IMG/VR virus record: IMGVR_UViG_3300038393_002467
Location: 1-59,719 of that record
Direction: 5' to 3' (one strand)
DNA: 59,719 bases
Origin: a virus
Taxonomy: Duplodnaviria; Caudoviricetes
Translations under genes and position numbers: made by a program
Notes under the pieces: generated by a model
The model's input: the letters and a program-made list of their open reading frames with translations, nothing else
Database searches by the model: none
Told to the model about the DNA's origin: nothing
Shown: positions 1 through 8,178 of the stretch, in pieces
How positions within the stretch are numbered: position 1 is the first letter of the stretch
Layout of the letters: each line of letters starts with the position of its first letter

Positions 1-127
1 CCCGCCGAAGTCCGGGAAGACCTCGGCCGCACCAGCAGCGAGCATCTCGCTCACCTGCTGGTCAGTCATCGAGCGGAAGCCCCACGTTGCGACCACCCAT
101 TGGGCGAACCCGTAGCCGCGGCGGATC
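1..127 (+). repeat. Terminal 127-bp overlap (copy 1), assembly circularisation
   Basis: 1-127 identical to 59593-59719; an ORF reads through the junction. Confidence 0.9.
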
Positions 128-198
128 GCGGTCTGCCGCTGGCCGCGCTCGTCCTCGAAGATGACCACGTCGCCGTCGGCGAACTCGTAGGCGCTCAT
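1..198 (-). CDS. Hypothetical protein spanning the circular junction (198 to 1, then 59592 to 59551; 79 aa)
   Basis: MSAYEFADGDVVIFEDERGQRQTAIRRGYGFAQW... is open through base 1 and ends at TGA 59553-59551; starts just after the stop of 202..387. Confidence 0.65.
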   Translation of the reverse strand, partial: MSAYEFADGDVVIFEDERGQRQTAIRRGYGFAQWVVATWGFRSMTDQQVSEMLAAGAAEVFPDFGG

Positions 199-201
199 CG
201 T

Positions 202-387
202 CTAACCCCACCGCTGGAGAACGGTGTGGCCCTTGACGCAGACCGAGGTGCCGACCAGCACACCACCGACCCGCTCGCACTGGTAGTTGCGCTCCATGCT
301 GACGCCGCCGATGAGCCCGAAGACGAGCCCGAACAGCAGCGTGACGCCGACGATGACGAGGACTGCTCCGTCGCCGTCCCGCCCCAT
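202..387 (-). CDS. Small membrane protein
   Basis: MGRDGDGAVLVIVGVTLLFGLVFGLIGG hydrophobic helix then C..GG....C; start overlaps upstream stop. Confidence 0.6.
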   Translation of the reverse strand: MGRDGDGAVLVIVGVTLLFGLVFGLIGGVSMERNYQCERVGGVLVGTSVCVKGHTVLQRWG

Positions 388-965
388 CAGTTCACCGCCC
401 GGTACGGGTGCACCCAGATCTCCGAGAGCGCCGCCGTCGCACACAGCACCTCGCCCCACGGGGCGATGACCTCGACGTGCGCCAGCCGGACCCAGCCGTG
501 CGGCCCCTGCACCGGCTCCTCCTCGTGCCACGTGCTGACCCGCCTGCCCTTGTGGAAGAGCGCCACCTGCTGGCGCGGCTGTGCTTTGGTGACCACCGGC
601 AGTGGTGTCACACCGTGTGACCCGGGCCGGGGCAGCAGCCGCTGCTTGAGCACCGACACCCAGTACCGGCAGTGCCAGCACTCGGTCACCGGCAGGCGGC
701 CGTCGTCCGGGACCCCGAGCATGACGTCGATGTCGTGCAGTGCGTGCTCGCTGACGTGCGAGGAGCCGTCGGCGATGTTAGCGTCCTGCCACTGCAGCAC
801 CGTGTCGAGTGCGGCCTTCATCCCCCGGTTCCGGTCGGCGGTGGTGCCGAGGAAGACGACCGGCGGGAAGTCCGGCGGCGGGTCGACGAACCGGCCGACC
901 CACTGGTCGGCGTCGGCGACGATGCGGAACGCGATGCCGCCCAGACGGGTCGTGACGGTGCTCAT
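387..965 (-). CDS. Hypothetical protein
   Basis: MSTVTTRLGGIAFRIV...; GC-rich third positions, coupled to the next gene; contains a palindrome copy. Confidence 0.6.
   Translation of the reverse strand: MSTVTTRLGGIAFRIVADADQWVGRFVDPPPDFPPVVFLGTTADRNRGMKAALDTVLQWQDANIADGSSHVSEHALHDIDVMLGVPDDGRLPVTECWHCRYWVSVLKQRLLPRPGSHGVTPLPVVTKAQPRQQVALFHKGRRVSTWHEEEPVQGPHGWVRLAHVEVIAPWGEVLCATAALSEIWVHPYRAVN
605..623. repeat. 19-bp palindrome copy (intragenic, 1 mismatch)
   Basis: GTGTCACACCGTGTGACCC. Confidence 0.85.
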
Positions 966-1101
966 GCCAGACCACCTCCGGGCTGCGAGCGGCGGGCCAT
1001 CTCGTCGATCCACGACGCCTGCCGCTGCCGCGCCTTGCGCACGGCGCGGGCCAGTGCCCGGTCGTGACGGGCCGCGGCCCGGCGGTAGGAGGTGCGGCGG
1101 C

Positions 1102-1305
1102 TCATCGGGTGCCTCCCATCCCGTAGAGGTCGTCGGTCTGTGCGGCGGCGAGGGTGACCCCCAGCCGCCGGGTCGGCACCGGCGTGGTGCGCCGGGTGTT
1201 CGTCGTCACGGCGAACAGGCGGGCACGGATGATCCGCTCGTCGAGGTTGCGCCGACGGGGTGCCCGCTCCGCGGCGATGACCTCAGCATTCACGACCTGT
1301 GACAT
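1102..1305 (-). CDS. Small hypothetical protein
   Basis: 67-aa ORF with upstream GAGGAAG RBS and GAGAGGCAC motif. Confidence 0.55.
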   Translation of the reverse strand: MSQVVNAEVIAAERAPRRRNLDERIIRARLFAVTTNTRRTTPVPTRRLGVTLAAAQTDDLYGMGGTR

Positions 1306-1366
1306 GGTCGTCCACTTCCTCTCGTTGTGCCTCTCATGGTGGGCCGAGCGGCCCGCACCGCCGCCG

Positions 1367-1385
1367 GTGTCACACGCTGTGACAC
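1367..1385. repeat. 19-bp palindrome copy
   Basis: GTGTCACACGCTGTGACAC. Confidence 0.9.
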
Positions 1386-1407
1386 CGGGGCGATACGCAC
1401 GGCTCGG

Positions 1408-1968
1408 TCAGCGGTCGCTGCTGCGCCCGATGGCGTAGTCGACGTCCTTGCACCACGAGCAGCGGCGGCCGTCATGCCGCTGCCCCCGGTAGTGCCGCAG
1501 CAGGTTGTCCTCCTCGTCGGACTCCGAGCGCAGGTGCAGGTCGAGGTCCTCCGCTGTGACGACGTGCCGGTCGAGACTCTCGACCGCGTCGAACAGGCGG
1601 GTGGCCGCGATGCTGCGCAGCGCCGTCCGCCGGTTCGGTCCGGTGACGGTCGACGTTCGGTGACCGAGCGCCGGGCCCTCGTCCTCGTAGCCGAGGTCGG
1701 CCATGCTCGCGTGCCGCTTGGCGGGCTGGCAGTCGACCGACTCGATGGTCCACCCGGTCGAGTCGTTCGCCATCTTGGTGAAGATGGCCGAGTGGTCCCG
1801 CGGGTCGACCCGGTGCTCGACGCACAGGAACAGGCGCAGGATGGCGCGCTGCCCCTGCTCGTTGTGCATCGGCACGACGTACCAGTACGCCGACCGGTTC
1901 GGGATGCCGCAGCCGCACTGCTGGGTGGCGACCGGCCGCTCCGGCTGGCCCCACATCCCGGCGGTCAT
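1408..1968 (-). CDS. Hypothetical Cys/His-containing protein
   Basis: MTAGMWGQPERP...CGCG...CSWC; ATG overlaps the stop of 1965..2162. Confidence 0.55.
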   Translation of the reverse strand: MTAGMWGQPERPVATQQCGCGIPNRSAYWYVVPMHNEQGQRAILRLFLCVEHRVDPRDHSAIFTKMANDSTGWTIESVDCQPAKRHASMADLGYEDEGPALGHRTSTVTGPNRRTALRSIAATRLFDAVESLDRHVVTAEDLDLHLRSESDEEDNLLRHYRGQRHDGRRCSWCKDVDYAIGRSSDR

Positions 1969-2162
1969 CGGGCGGTGCCGTTCAGGATGGCGGCCCGCTG
2001 GCGCAGCAGCGCCGCCTCGGTGATGTCGTACTGGTAGGCCGCCTCGTGCATCGCGCGGCCCGTGCTCATCCCGACCGCGATGCAGTCCGCCTCGACGCGT
2101 GCGGCTGCGGCTGCGGCCTGCTGCTCGATCTCTCGGTCGCTGAGAATGACGATGGTGCTCAT
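1965..2162 (-). CDS. Small hypothetical protein
   Basis: MSTIVILSDREIEQQ..., preceded by GAGG RBS and tandem GAGAGGCA motifs. Confidence 0.55.
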   Translation of the reverse strand: MSTIVILSDREIEQQAAAAAARVEADCIAVGMSTGRAMHEAAYQYDITEAALLRQRAAILNGTAR

Positions 2163-2224
2163 CGTCCTCGCCTGCCTCTCTGGTGTGTGCCTCTCTGGTG
2201 GACCGGACGGTCCATGGAGTGGCC

Positions 2225-2243
2225 GTGTCACACGGGGTGACAC
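2225..2243. repeat. 19-bp palindrome copy in extended hairpin 2217-2251
   Basis: GTGTCACACGGGGTGACAC. Confidence 0.9.
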
Positions 2244-2278
2244 GGCCACTCGGATGCACGGTCCGGTGCGGTGGTGAC

Positions 2279-2383
2279 CTACCGCCGCAGCCAGCGGCGG
2301 ATCTGGGCCGGGTCGGCGTCGGCGATGACGCAGATGGCAAGGAACGCCAGTGACACGGCGGTCCATCCGAGGACGAACGTCAT
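2279..2383 (-). CDS. Very small membrane peptide
   Basis: MTFVLGWTAVSLAFLAICVIA..., ATGA overlap with the upstream ORF. Confidence 0.4.
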   Translation of the reverse strand: MTFVLGWTAVSLAFLAICVIADADPAQIRRWLRR

Positions 2384-2562
2384 CGCCACGTCACCTCCGC
2401 CCCCATCGCCGGGCGTGTCGAGACGCCGCCGCAGCGGTAGCACCGGCGGGTCAGCCACGACCCGCGGCCGCTGGTGCTGACGAACATGGGCCGACTCCAG
2501 CGGTGCCGGAACCTGCGGCCGCAACGGCGTGCCGCGATGACGTCGCGCAGCAGCCGGATCAC
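2380..2562 (-). CDS. Small basic Cys-containing protein
   Basis: GTG start overlapping the upstream stop; C..H....CYRC pattern. Confidence 0.4.
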   Translation of the reverse strand: MIRLLRDVIAARRCGRRFRHRWSRPMFVSTSGRGSWLTRRCYRCGGVSTRPAMGAEVTWR

Positions 2563-2891
2563 GACTGCTCGCTCCAGCCATCCGCACAGACGAGGACGCT
2601 GTCTCCGTCGTCGTCCGTGAGCATGACGACGCACCCTCGGTGGATGACGCCGTCCGGTCCGGCGACGTCGCGCGTCGAGTGGATGCTGCGGATGATGTCC
2701 GCGATGACCACCGCTTGGACGCCCGCGTTCTGCACGGCGTCCCGCTGTGCGAGGGTGAGCGACTGCGGCGTGAAAGTGTCGGTTCGGGAAACCGGCACGG
2801 GGTGGTGGTTTGGTGACTGTTCGGACAGTCCGACGACGGTTGCTGCGGTGACCGTGGCGACGAACGCCGTTGCGAGGATGAGCCTGCGCAT
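2559..2891 (-). CDS. Secreted or membrane-anchored hypothetical protein
   Basis: MRRLILATAFVATVTAATVVG signal-like N-terminus; GAGAGGCAC RBS. Confidence 0.6.
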   Translation of the reverse strand: MRRLILATAFVATVTAATVVGLSEQSPNHHPVPVSRTDTFTPQSLTLAQRDAVQNAGVQAVVIADIIRSIHSTRDVAGPDGVIHRGCVVMLTDDDGDSVLVCADGWSEQS

Positions 2892-2911
2892 GATGTGCCT
2901 CTCTGGTTGTG

Positions 2912-2930
2912 GTGTCACACCGTGTGACAC
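2912..2930. repeat. 19-bp palindrome copy (perfect)
   Basis: GTGTCACACCGTGTGACAC. Confidence 0.95.
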
Positions 2931-2948
2931 CGCTTGGTGACCACTGCC

Positions 2949-2967
2949 GTGTCACACCGTGTGACAC
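2949..2967. repeat. 19-bp palindrome copy (perfect), followed by a 12-bp-spacer variant at 2971-2998
   Basis: GTGTCACACCGTGTGACAC. Confidence 0.95.
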
Positions 2968-3122
2968 GTGGTGTCACACACCTGTGCGTGTGTGACACGT
3001 GCCCGTGGGCACCGGAGCCCGCCGCTCCCGTCCGGGAGGAACCGGGAGCGGCGGACACCGCTGCGCGCGGGCAGGGTGACGCGGCCGGGCCCACGACAGG
3101 GGACCGGCCGCGTGGTGACCGG

Positions 3123-3230
3123 TCACGCCTGCTGCGGCGGAGCGACCGGGACGACCGTGTCGCGGACGGCCGCGACAGCGGAGAACAGGCGCGCGGAGGT
3201 GGCGCGCCGGGCGAGGATGGAACGGAGCAT
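3123..3230 (-). CDS. Very small hypothetical protein
   Basis: MLRSILARRATSARLF... directly after a GAGAGGCAC RBS. Confidence 0.35.
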   Translation of the reverse strand: MLRSILARRATSARLFSAVAAVRDTVVPVAPPQQA

Positions 3231-3322
3231 GGCAGTGCCTCTCAGTCGGACGGATGGGACGGGCGTCCCCAGCACTGCCCCGACGCGGGTGCGCCGGGGC
3301 AGTGCGAGCGGGCCCGTACCGG

Positions 3323-4126
3323 TCACGCGGCAGGCGTCGCCTTCCGAGCGCCGGACAGGCGCTCCCGGACCTTGTCCGCGATGCGGTCGACGGCCGCCCA
3401 CTGCTCGGGCGTCACGTCCGACGCGTCGAGCGAGGCGAGGACGTCGGACAGGCGCTCGAAGGCGGACACGAGGTCCTTGCCCGTGTAGACGCGCGCGGTC
3501 GTCTCTCCGGCCGCGTCGGTCACAGGCTTGCCGGAGGGCATCTCCCCGCCCGAGGCGGCGAGCGCGACGAGGTCGACCCGCTCGCCACGGCCGGACGCCT
3601 GCCGGTTGACGGCCGTGAGAGCGGCCGTGTCGCTCACCATGGTGTGCCGCTTGCCGTCGTTGACGGCCTGCCGGGACGCCTCGACGACGTCGACGGCCTT
3701 GCCGAACTTGCTCCAGCGGGTGCGGACGGCCGAGCCGATCTTGCTCGTCCGGGTCTGCTCGGTCTCCGGGGTGCCCTCCACCGCGTACCCGAGCGCCGAC
3801 AGGGAGACCTTCGGGTCGACCTTGCGGGCGGCGCGGATGATCCGCAGCGCGAACGCGGACTGCGCGTCCACAGCGGCGCGCCCCATCTTGGAGAACGAAG
3901 CGGCGACAGCGGACGCGTGCGCCAGTGCGGAGGTGTCCGCGTACAGCGGTCCCGCCTCGGTGCGGACGACGTCCAAAAGGGTGTCCTTGGTCGCTTTGCC
4001 GATAGCCGTCACGGCGGCCGTGCGTGCCTTCGGGTCGGACTCGGGAATGCCGAAGCCAGCGAGCATCCGGGCGGCGTCGGACTCGACGGCCGCGAGGTCC
4101 TTGGTCTGGGTCTGGGTCGTGCTCAT
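3323..4126 (-). CDS. Ala-rich helical hypothetical protein, first gene of the leftward operon
   Basis: MSTTQTQTKDLAAVES..., 267 aa, RBS GAGAGGCAC, directly downstream of the promoter at 4209-4237. Confidence 0.75.
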   Translation of the reverse strand: MSTTQTQTKDLAAVESDAARMLAGFGIPESDPKARTAAVTAIGKATKDTLLDVVRTEAGPLYADTSALAHASAVAASFSKMGRAAVDAQSAFALRIIRAARKVDPKVSLSALGYAVEGTPETEQTRTSKIGSAVRTRWSKFGKAVDVVEASRQAVNDGKRHTMVSDTAALTAVNRQASGRGERVDLVALAASGGEMPSGKPVTDAAGETTARVYTGKDLVSAFERLSDVLASLDASDVTPEQWAAVDRIADKVRERLSGARKATPAA

Positions 4127-4152
4127 GGTGTGTGCCTCTCTGCCTGCCCCGC

Positions 4153-4171
4153 GTGTCACACGGTGTGCCAC
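4153..4171. repeat. 19-bp palindrome copy downstream of promoter
   Basis: GTGTCACACGGTGTGCCAC. Confidence 0.9.
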
Positions 4172-4208
4172 GGTCCGGGGTTCGGGGCATGGTTGCCCCT
4201 GCCCTTCG

Positions 4209-4237
4209 ATTGTACCGCCCGGGGCAGGGGATGTCCA
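4209..4237 (-). promoter_or_regulatory. SigA/HrdB-type promoter TGGACA-N17-TACAAT
   Basis: Near-consensus -35/-10 with 17-bp spacer on the minus strand, upstream of 3323..4126. Confidence 0.75.
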
Positions 4238-4252
4238 GCGGATGAGCAGCCC

Positions 4253-4271
4253 GTGTCACACGGTGTGCCCC
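4253..4271. repeat. 19-bp palindrome copy upstream of promoter (2 mismatches)
   Basis: GTGTCACACGGTGTGCCCC. Confidence 0.8.
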
Positions 4272-4938
4272 CCACCCCCGCCGACCCGCCCGCCCGCCCC
4301 GGACAGGTGACGCTCGACGGCTCTGCAAATGCCCGTGATCCACCCAGATTCCCCGTATACGGCCTATGGGGTGGGGTGGGGGGTGGGGGTCCCCCCGAGA
4401 ATGGCGCGTAAACGGGGCACAGACCGCCCGGCAGGCTGATTCTCGTGCTCTCGGTACCCGCTGCTGCTGCCCACCGGGAGCGGCCCGTATACGTGCGACG
4501 GAGAACGTCCGCTTCGCGCGGGGCGCGAGGGAGGATGACCCGGGCCGGGGGACCTCGTTCGTCACGTTGCAGGGTCCGGGTGGGCGAAGACCCCCCGGAG
4601 AGGCACCAACGGGGGGTCTTCTGTGCCCGGTGCGGGAGTCGCACCCTCGACCGGGCTGGTGGGGGCCCCGCTGTGTCCACGGCGTCGGCTTGAACCCCTC
4701 CGCGCGAGGCCCCCGCAGCGAGGATACGACGCAGCCCCGACGGCGGGGGACCGTCGGGGCTGCAGAGAGTCGCTCATCAGGGGGAGGATGAGGCGCACCC
4801 CACCGTACGGGTCCCACCATGTCCCGCGCGAGTCCCAGAAATCGCCACAAAGTCGGACATCTTAGACATCGCCACCGGCGGGAGACCCCGCCAACACGCT
4901 GATAGCAGCACGTTCCGGGCCTTTGGGGGCCGGAAATG

Positions 4939-4944
4939 TAGTCT
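4939..4944 (+). promoter_or_regulatory. -10 element TAGTCT for a probable leaderless transcript starting at GTG 4951
   Basis: TANNNT 6 nt before the start codon, no SD, start of the rightward operon. Confidence 0.45.
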
Positions 4945-4950
4945 GTATAC

Positions 4951-5142
4951 GTGAACAGGCAGCAGTGGCTCGAAGTCCTGAAGGCCGTCGGCATCTCGAC
5001 CGACCCCGACGTCGCGGTCCGGCCCTACTCCGGCGGCTACGCGGCCGAGGTGATGCTCGACTTCGCCCACGGCGAGTACGGCGCGGGCATCAGCCCGGAG
5101 ACCGGCGAGGCACTCAAGCGGTTCCTGAGAGGAGAGGACTGA
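4951..5142 (+). CDS. Small hypothetical protein
   Basis: First of a chain of translationally coupled ORFs (TGATG/GTGA overlaps). Confidence 0.65.
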   Translation: MNRQQWLEVLKAVGISTDPDVAVRPYSGGYAAEVMLDFAHGEYGAGISPETGEALKRFLRGED

Positions 5143-5354
5143 TGGCAGCGACCGAACCAGAGACGCGCACCGTCACCATCGACGGCATCGAGGTGGTCCT
5201 CACCCTCCACCGGGCCTACACCACCATCTCCGGCTCCCCCATCGTCACCGAGAAGGTGTGGTGGCAGTCCCCGCAGACGATCACCCGGGAACTGAGCCTC
5301 GCGCAGGCCCGTGAGGAGATCGCCGAGCAGTGGGGTCGGGAGGGCCTGCTGTGA
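5142..5354 (+). CDS. Small hypothetical protein
   Basis: MAATEPETRTVTIDG..., GGAGAGGA RBS, TGATG overlap. Confidence 0.65.
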   Translation: MAATEPETRTVTIDGIEVVLTLHRAYTTISGSPIVTEKVWWQSPQTITRELSLAQAREEIAEQWGREGLL

Positions 5355-5542
5355 GCAAGCGACCGATCAAGGGCTTCGAGGAGCAGGACGCCCTCACCGG
5401 CTGGCGTCACGTCCTGTCCTACGTCCAGAAGCCCGGCGTGCGGGCCGCCATCAAGCGCCGGTACCGCCGCAAGGAGCGCCGCGCGGGCAAGCAAGAGAAC
5501 CGCAGCGTCACCCTGACGCTGCGCAACGGAGAGGAAGACTGA
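5351..5542 (+). CDS. Small basic hypothetical protein
   Basis: MSKRPIKGFEEQDALTGWRHV...IKRRYRRKERR, GTGA overlap. Confidence 0.65.
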   Translation: MSKRPIKGFEEQDALTGWRHVLSYVQKPGVRAAIKRRYRRKERRAGKQENRSVTLTLRNGEED

Positions 5543-5814
5543 TGAAACCCGGCTTCACCATCCACATCGAGCGCGTCGAGCGCCGCTTCCGCCGCCGCAC
5601 CCAGTACCGCTGGCGCATCGTCGGACGCAACAACAGGGTGCTCGCCGTCAGCAGCGAGACGTACACCAACCTGTCGGACCTGCGCGACAACCTGCACACC
5701 GTCACCGGCATCGACCGGCAGATCTTCGGCCGTTACGGCGTCGGCGAGATCCGCGTCGAGTGGACCTACGACGGCGGGCGCTCCGCCGTCGGCTTCACCG
5801 GGGAGCGTGGCTGA
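5542..5814 (+). CDS. YegP/DUF1508-like protein
   Basis: YRWRIVGRNNRVLAVSSETYTN resembles the DUF1508 pattern (yRwrl.a.Ng.iia.se.Y). Confidence 0.55.
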   Translation: MKPGFTIHIERVERRFRRRTQYRWRIVGRNNRVLAVSSETYTNLSDLRDNLHTVTGIDRQIFGRYGVGEIRVEWTYDGGRSAVGFTGERG

Positions 5815-6017
5815 TGCTGCAGATCAGCGAGAACGTCTGGGTCGACCCGCGGGCCGTCGACCTCATCGAGTGGATACCGGCCGCGCCCGAGGGCAGCAAG
5901 AAGGGCATGCCCCGGGTCACCGTCAACGGGACCAGCCGACGCGCCGAGTTCTACGCCGGGAAGCGCGGCAAGCAGATGCGCCGCCTCGTCGTCGACCTGT
6001 ACAGGCCGCAGCAATGA
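5814..6017 (+). CDS. Small hypothetical protein
   Basis: MLQISENVWVDPRAVDLIEW..., TGATG overlap. Confidence 0.6.
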   Translation: MLQISENVWVDPRAVDLIEWIPAAPEGSKKGMPRVTVNGTSRRAEFYAGKRGKQMRRLVVDLYRPQQ

Positions 6018-6208
6018 CCGGCCCGAAGCCCGGCGTCCTCATCGGCGACGCCGCCCTGACCAAGGTCATCAACGCCCGGGTCACCGAGAAGGACCACGCC
6101 CTCATCGAGGAAGCCAGCCGCAAGGCCGGGTTCCCCTCCATCGGCAAGTGGCTGCGGGTCCTCGCCATGCGCGAGGCCGAGCGGCTCACCGGAGGAGACC
6201 CGTCATGA
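6014..6208 (+). CDS. Ribbon-helix-helix (MobC/CopG-like) DNA-binding protein
   Basis: KVINARVTEKDHALIEEASRKAGFPSIGKWLRVLA: alternating beta strand followed by two helices. Confidence 0.65.
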   Translation: MTGPKPGVLIGDAALTKVINARVTEKDHALIEEASRKAGFPSIGKWLRVLAMREAERLTGGDPS

Positions 6209-6489
6209 CCGCGCTCGTCGTCGCCACCGACCTGCGTCGCGCCCAGCAGGTCGCCCGCACCCTCAACCTGCCGCTCAACGGGTGGCGCTACGTCATGCGC
6301 CCGGAGCACCTGCGGGGGACCGGCACGGACGCCACCATCTATATCGAGGACACGTGGACGGAGACGCCGCGCTGGCAGACCACGCCGCCCGAGCACGACA
6401 CCGGCCAGTGGATCTACCCCATCACCGAGGAGATCGCGTTCCTGCGCAACGTCGTCGGGGTCAACGTCGTCTACGCGAGGTCCCGGTGA
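6205..6489 (+). CDS. Hypothetical protein
   Basis: GGAGGAG RBS, ATGA overlap. Confidence 0.65.
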   Translation: MTALVVATDLRRAQQVARTLNLPLNGWRYVMRPEHLRGTGTDATIYIEDTWTETPRWQTTPPEHDTGQWIYPITEEIAFLRNVVGVNVVYARSR

Positions 6490-6749
6490 ACCCCGGCGTG
6501 TACTGGGGCGTCGCCGCGTTCATCGCCGGGCTGACCATCCTGTTCATCGTCATCGAGCACGTCGAGTCCGACGACGACGGGACCGACGTCGAGGCCCGGT
6601 TCCGGCGCAACACCCGCATCGTCATCGCGTCGCTGCTCCTCGTCGGCTCCGTCGTCTGGCCGCTGCTCGGCCTCGCCTGCCTCGGGCTGCTGGCCCGGGA
6701 GTTCTTCGAGGTCGTCCGGACCGCGTGGCGGGAGACGGACCGCCGATGA
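6486..6749 (+). CDS. Small membrane protein
   Basis: Two hydrophobic segments; GTGA overlap. Confidence 0.6.
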   Translation: MNPGVYWGVAAFIAGLTILFIVIEHVESDDDGTDVEARFRRNTRIVIASLLLVGSVVWPLLGLACLGLLAREFFEVVRTAWRETDRR

Positions 6750-7015
6750 GATGCAGCGTGCGTGACGGGCTCGTGTCCTACCACGAGCACTGCCCCAACC
6801 CGCCCGAGTTCGTCGTCGAGACGCTGGCGATGGGCTTCCCGTCCGAGCAACTCGTCCCGGTCGCGCAGGACGGGTACTGCGTCATGCACTTCGTCGAGAA
6901 GATGATGGACATCGCCATCGAGCGGGTGCCGACCACCGCCGGGGTCCGGGTCGTGCGGCTGTCGCACTGGAACCAGATCGACCACCGGCCACAGCGAAGG
7001 AGTCTCGGCCAGTGA
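6746..7015 (+). CDS. Hypothetical Cys/His protein
   Basis: MRCSVRDG...HC...CVMH; ATGA overlap. Confidence 0.55.
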   Translation: MRCSVRDGLVSYHEHCPNPPEFVVETLAMGFPSEQLVPVAQDGYCVMHFVEKMMDIAIERVPTTAGVRVVRLSHWNQIDHRPQRRSLGQ

Positions 7016-7173
7016 GCGCCAAGAGGGGCAGGCCGCTGGCCGATGGTGCGCCCCGCACCGAAATCATCAAGACCCGGCTGACCAAGGTCGAGGCCGAGCG
7101 CCTCGACGCCAAGCGGGGCGAGCAGACCCGGGCCGACTGGGTCCGGGCCGCGATCAGGAAGGCACTGCGATGA
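7012..7173 (+). CDS. Ribbon-helix-helix DNA-binding protein (53 aa, below the ORF-track cutoff)
   Basis: MSAKRGRPLADGAPRTEIIKTRLTKVEAERLDAKRGEQTRADWVRAAIRKALR; AAGGAG RBS; overlaps both neighbours. Confidence 0.65.
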   Translation: MSAKRGRPLADGAPRTEIIKTRLTKVEAERLDAKRGEQTRADWVRAAIRKALR

Positions 7174-7466
7174 CGATCCACGCCGAGGACATCTCCTGCA
7201 CCCTGTGCGGGGCCGGGTTGCCGGTGCCGACGACGGCCGTGCCCGGCTCGCCGGGGGCGCTCGCGCTCGACTCGACCTTCGTCGACGAGCACGTCGAGAT
7301 GCACACCACCTGCACCTGCCACTGGGACGGGCTGCTGGGCCTCATGGCCCGGCTCGACACCGACCCGACGTGCCCGCACCACGGCTACGTCGAGCGCCGG
7401 TACGCCGCCGTCTCGGACGGGAACCTGCTCGGGGACATCCTCGCCGACGAGGAGGACACGGACTGA
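7170..7466 (+). CDS. Small Zn-binding hypothetical protein
   Basis: CTLC, CTC, CPHH motifs. Confidence 0.6.
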   Translation: MTIHAEDISCTLCGAGLPVPTTAVPGSPGALALDSTFVDEHVEMHTTCTCHWDGLLGLMARLDTDPTCPHHGYVERRYAAVSDGNLLGDILADEEDTD

Positions 7467-7642
7467 TGCCGACGGTGGAGCGCATCTACTACATCGCCGA
7501 GTGCATCCGCTGCAGCGTCAAGGTCTCGTTCCGGGCCAAGGACGAGCGGGAGGAGTGGATGCGCGAGCACGACCGGCAGCACGTCTCCACGGAGCGCGTC
7601 CCCCCCATGTACGCCTGCTACCTCCAGCCCCGAGGGGAGTGA
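7466..7642 (+). CDS. Small Zn-binding hypothetical protein
   Basis: MPTVERIYYIAECIRC...WMREH...H; GGAGGA RBS. Confidence 0.55.
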   Translation: MPTVERIYYIAECIRCSVKVSFRAKDEREEWMREHDRQHVSTERVPPMYACYLQPRGE

Positions 7643-8178
7643 CCGTGGCACACGCTGTGACACCGATCCCCGACGACGCCGGGATCGAGAGGGCCAACGA
7701 GCACCTGACCGCCAAGGACCGGGCCACCCGCACGCAGGCCGCCGTCGCCATGAAGATCAAGGGTGCGCCGTACAGCAAGATCGCCAAGACGCTCGGCTAC
7801 GTCTCGGCGACGCAGGCCCGGCAGGCCGTCGAGCGGGCGCTGGCCGAGAGCGTCGGGCCCGGCGACCGGCAGCAGCAGCGGTTCTTGGAGAGCCGACGGC
7901 TGGAGCGGCTGCTGCAGTCGGTCTTCAAGAAGGCCACCGACGACGAGGACCCGGAGCATCTGGCGTACGTCCGGGCGGCGCTGGCGATCATCGACCGTCA
8001 CGCCCGGCTCGTCGGCGCGGACGCCCCGCAGGAGATGGTCGTCTACAACCCGAGCCAGCGGGAGATGGACGAGTGGATCGCCACCATGGTCAAGCAGGTG
8101 CACGGCGAGATGCCCGAGGAGTACGACGTCATCGAGGGTGTCGCCATCAACGACGATCCGGTGGGTGACGGCGACTGA
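7639..8178 (+). CDS. Putative terminase small subunit (N-terminal HTH)
   Basis: AVAMKIKGAPYSKIAKTLGY HTH, then RLERL...AIIDRHARLVGADAP as in actinophage TerS-like proteins; GTGA overlap. Confidence 0.6.
   Translation: MTVAHAVTPIPDDAGIERANEHLTAKDRATRTQAAVAMKIKGAPYSKIAKTLGYVSATQARQAVERALAESVGPGDRQQQRFLESRRLERLLQSVFKKATDDEDPEHLAYVRAALAIIDRHARLVGADAPQEMVVYNPSQREMDEWIATMVKQVHGEMPEEYDVIEGVAINDDPVGDGD
7645..7663. repeat. 19-bp palindrome copy in the 5' end of the terS-like gene
   Basis: GTGGCACACGCTGTGACAC. Confidence 0.8.

Noticed and set aside
4272-4950. tRNA genes or protein-coding genes in the divergent gap
   Set aside because: No cloverleaf or T-loop consensus found by eye; the ORFs are low-complexity without RBS
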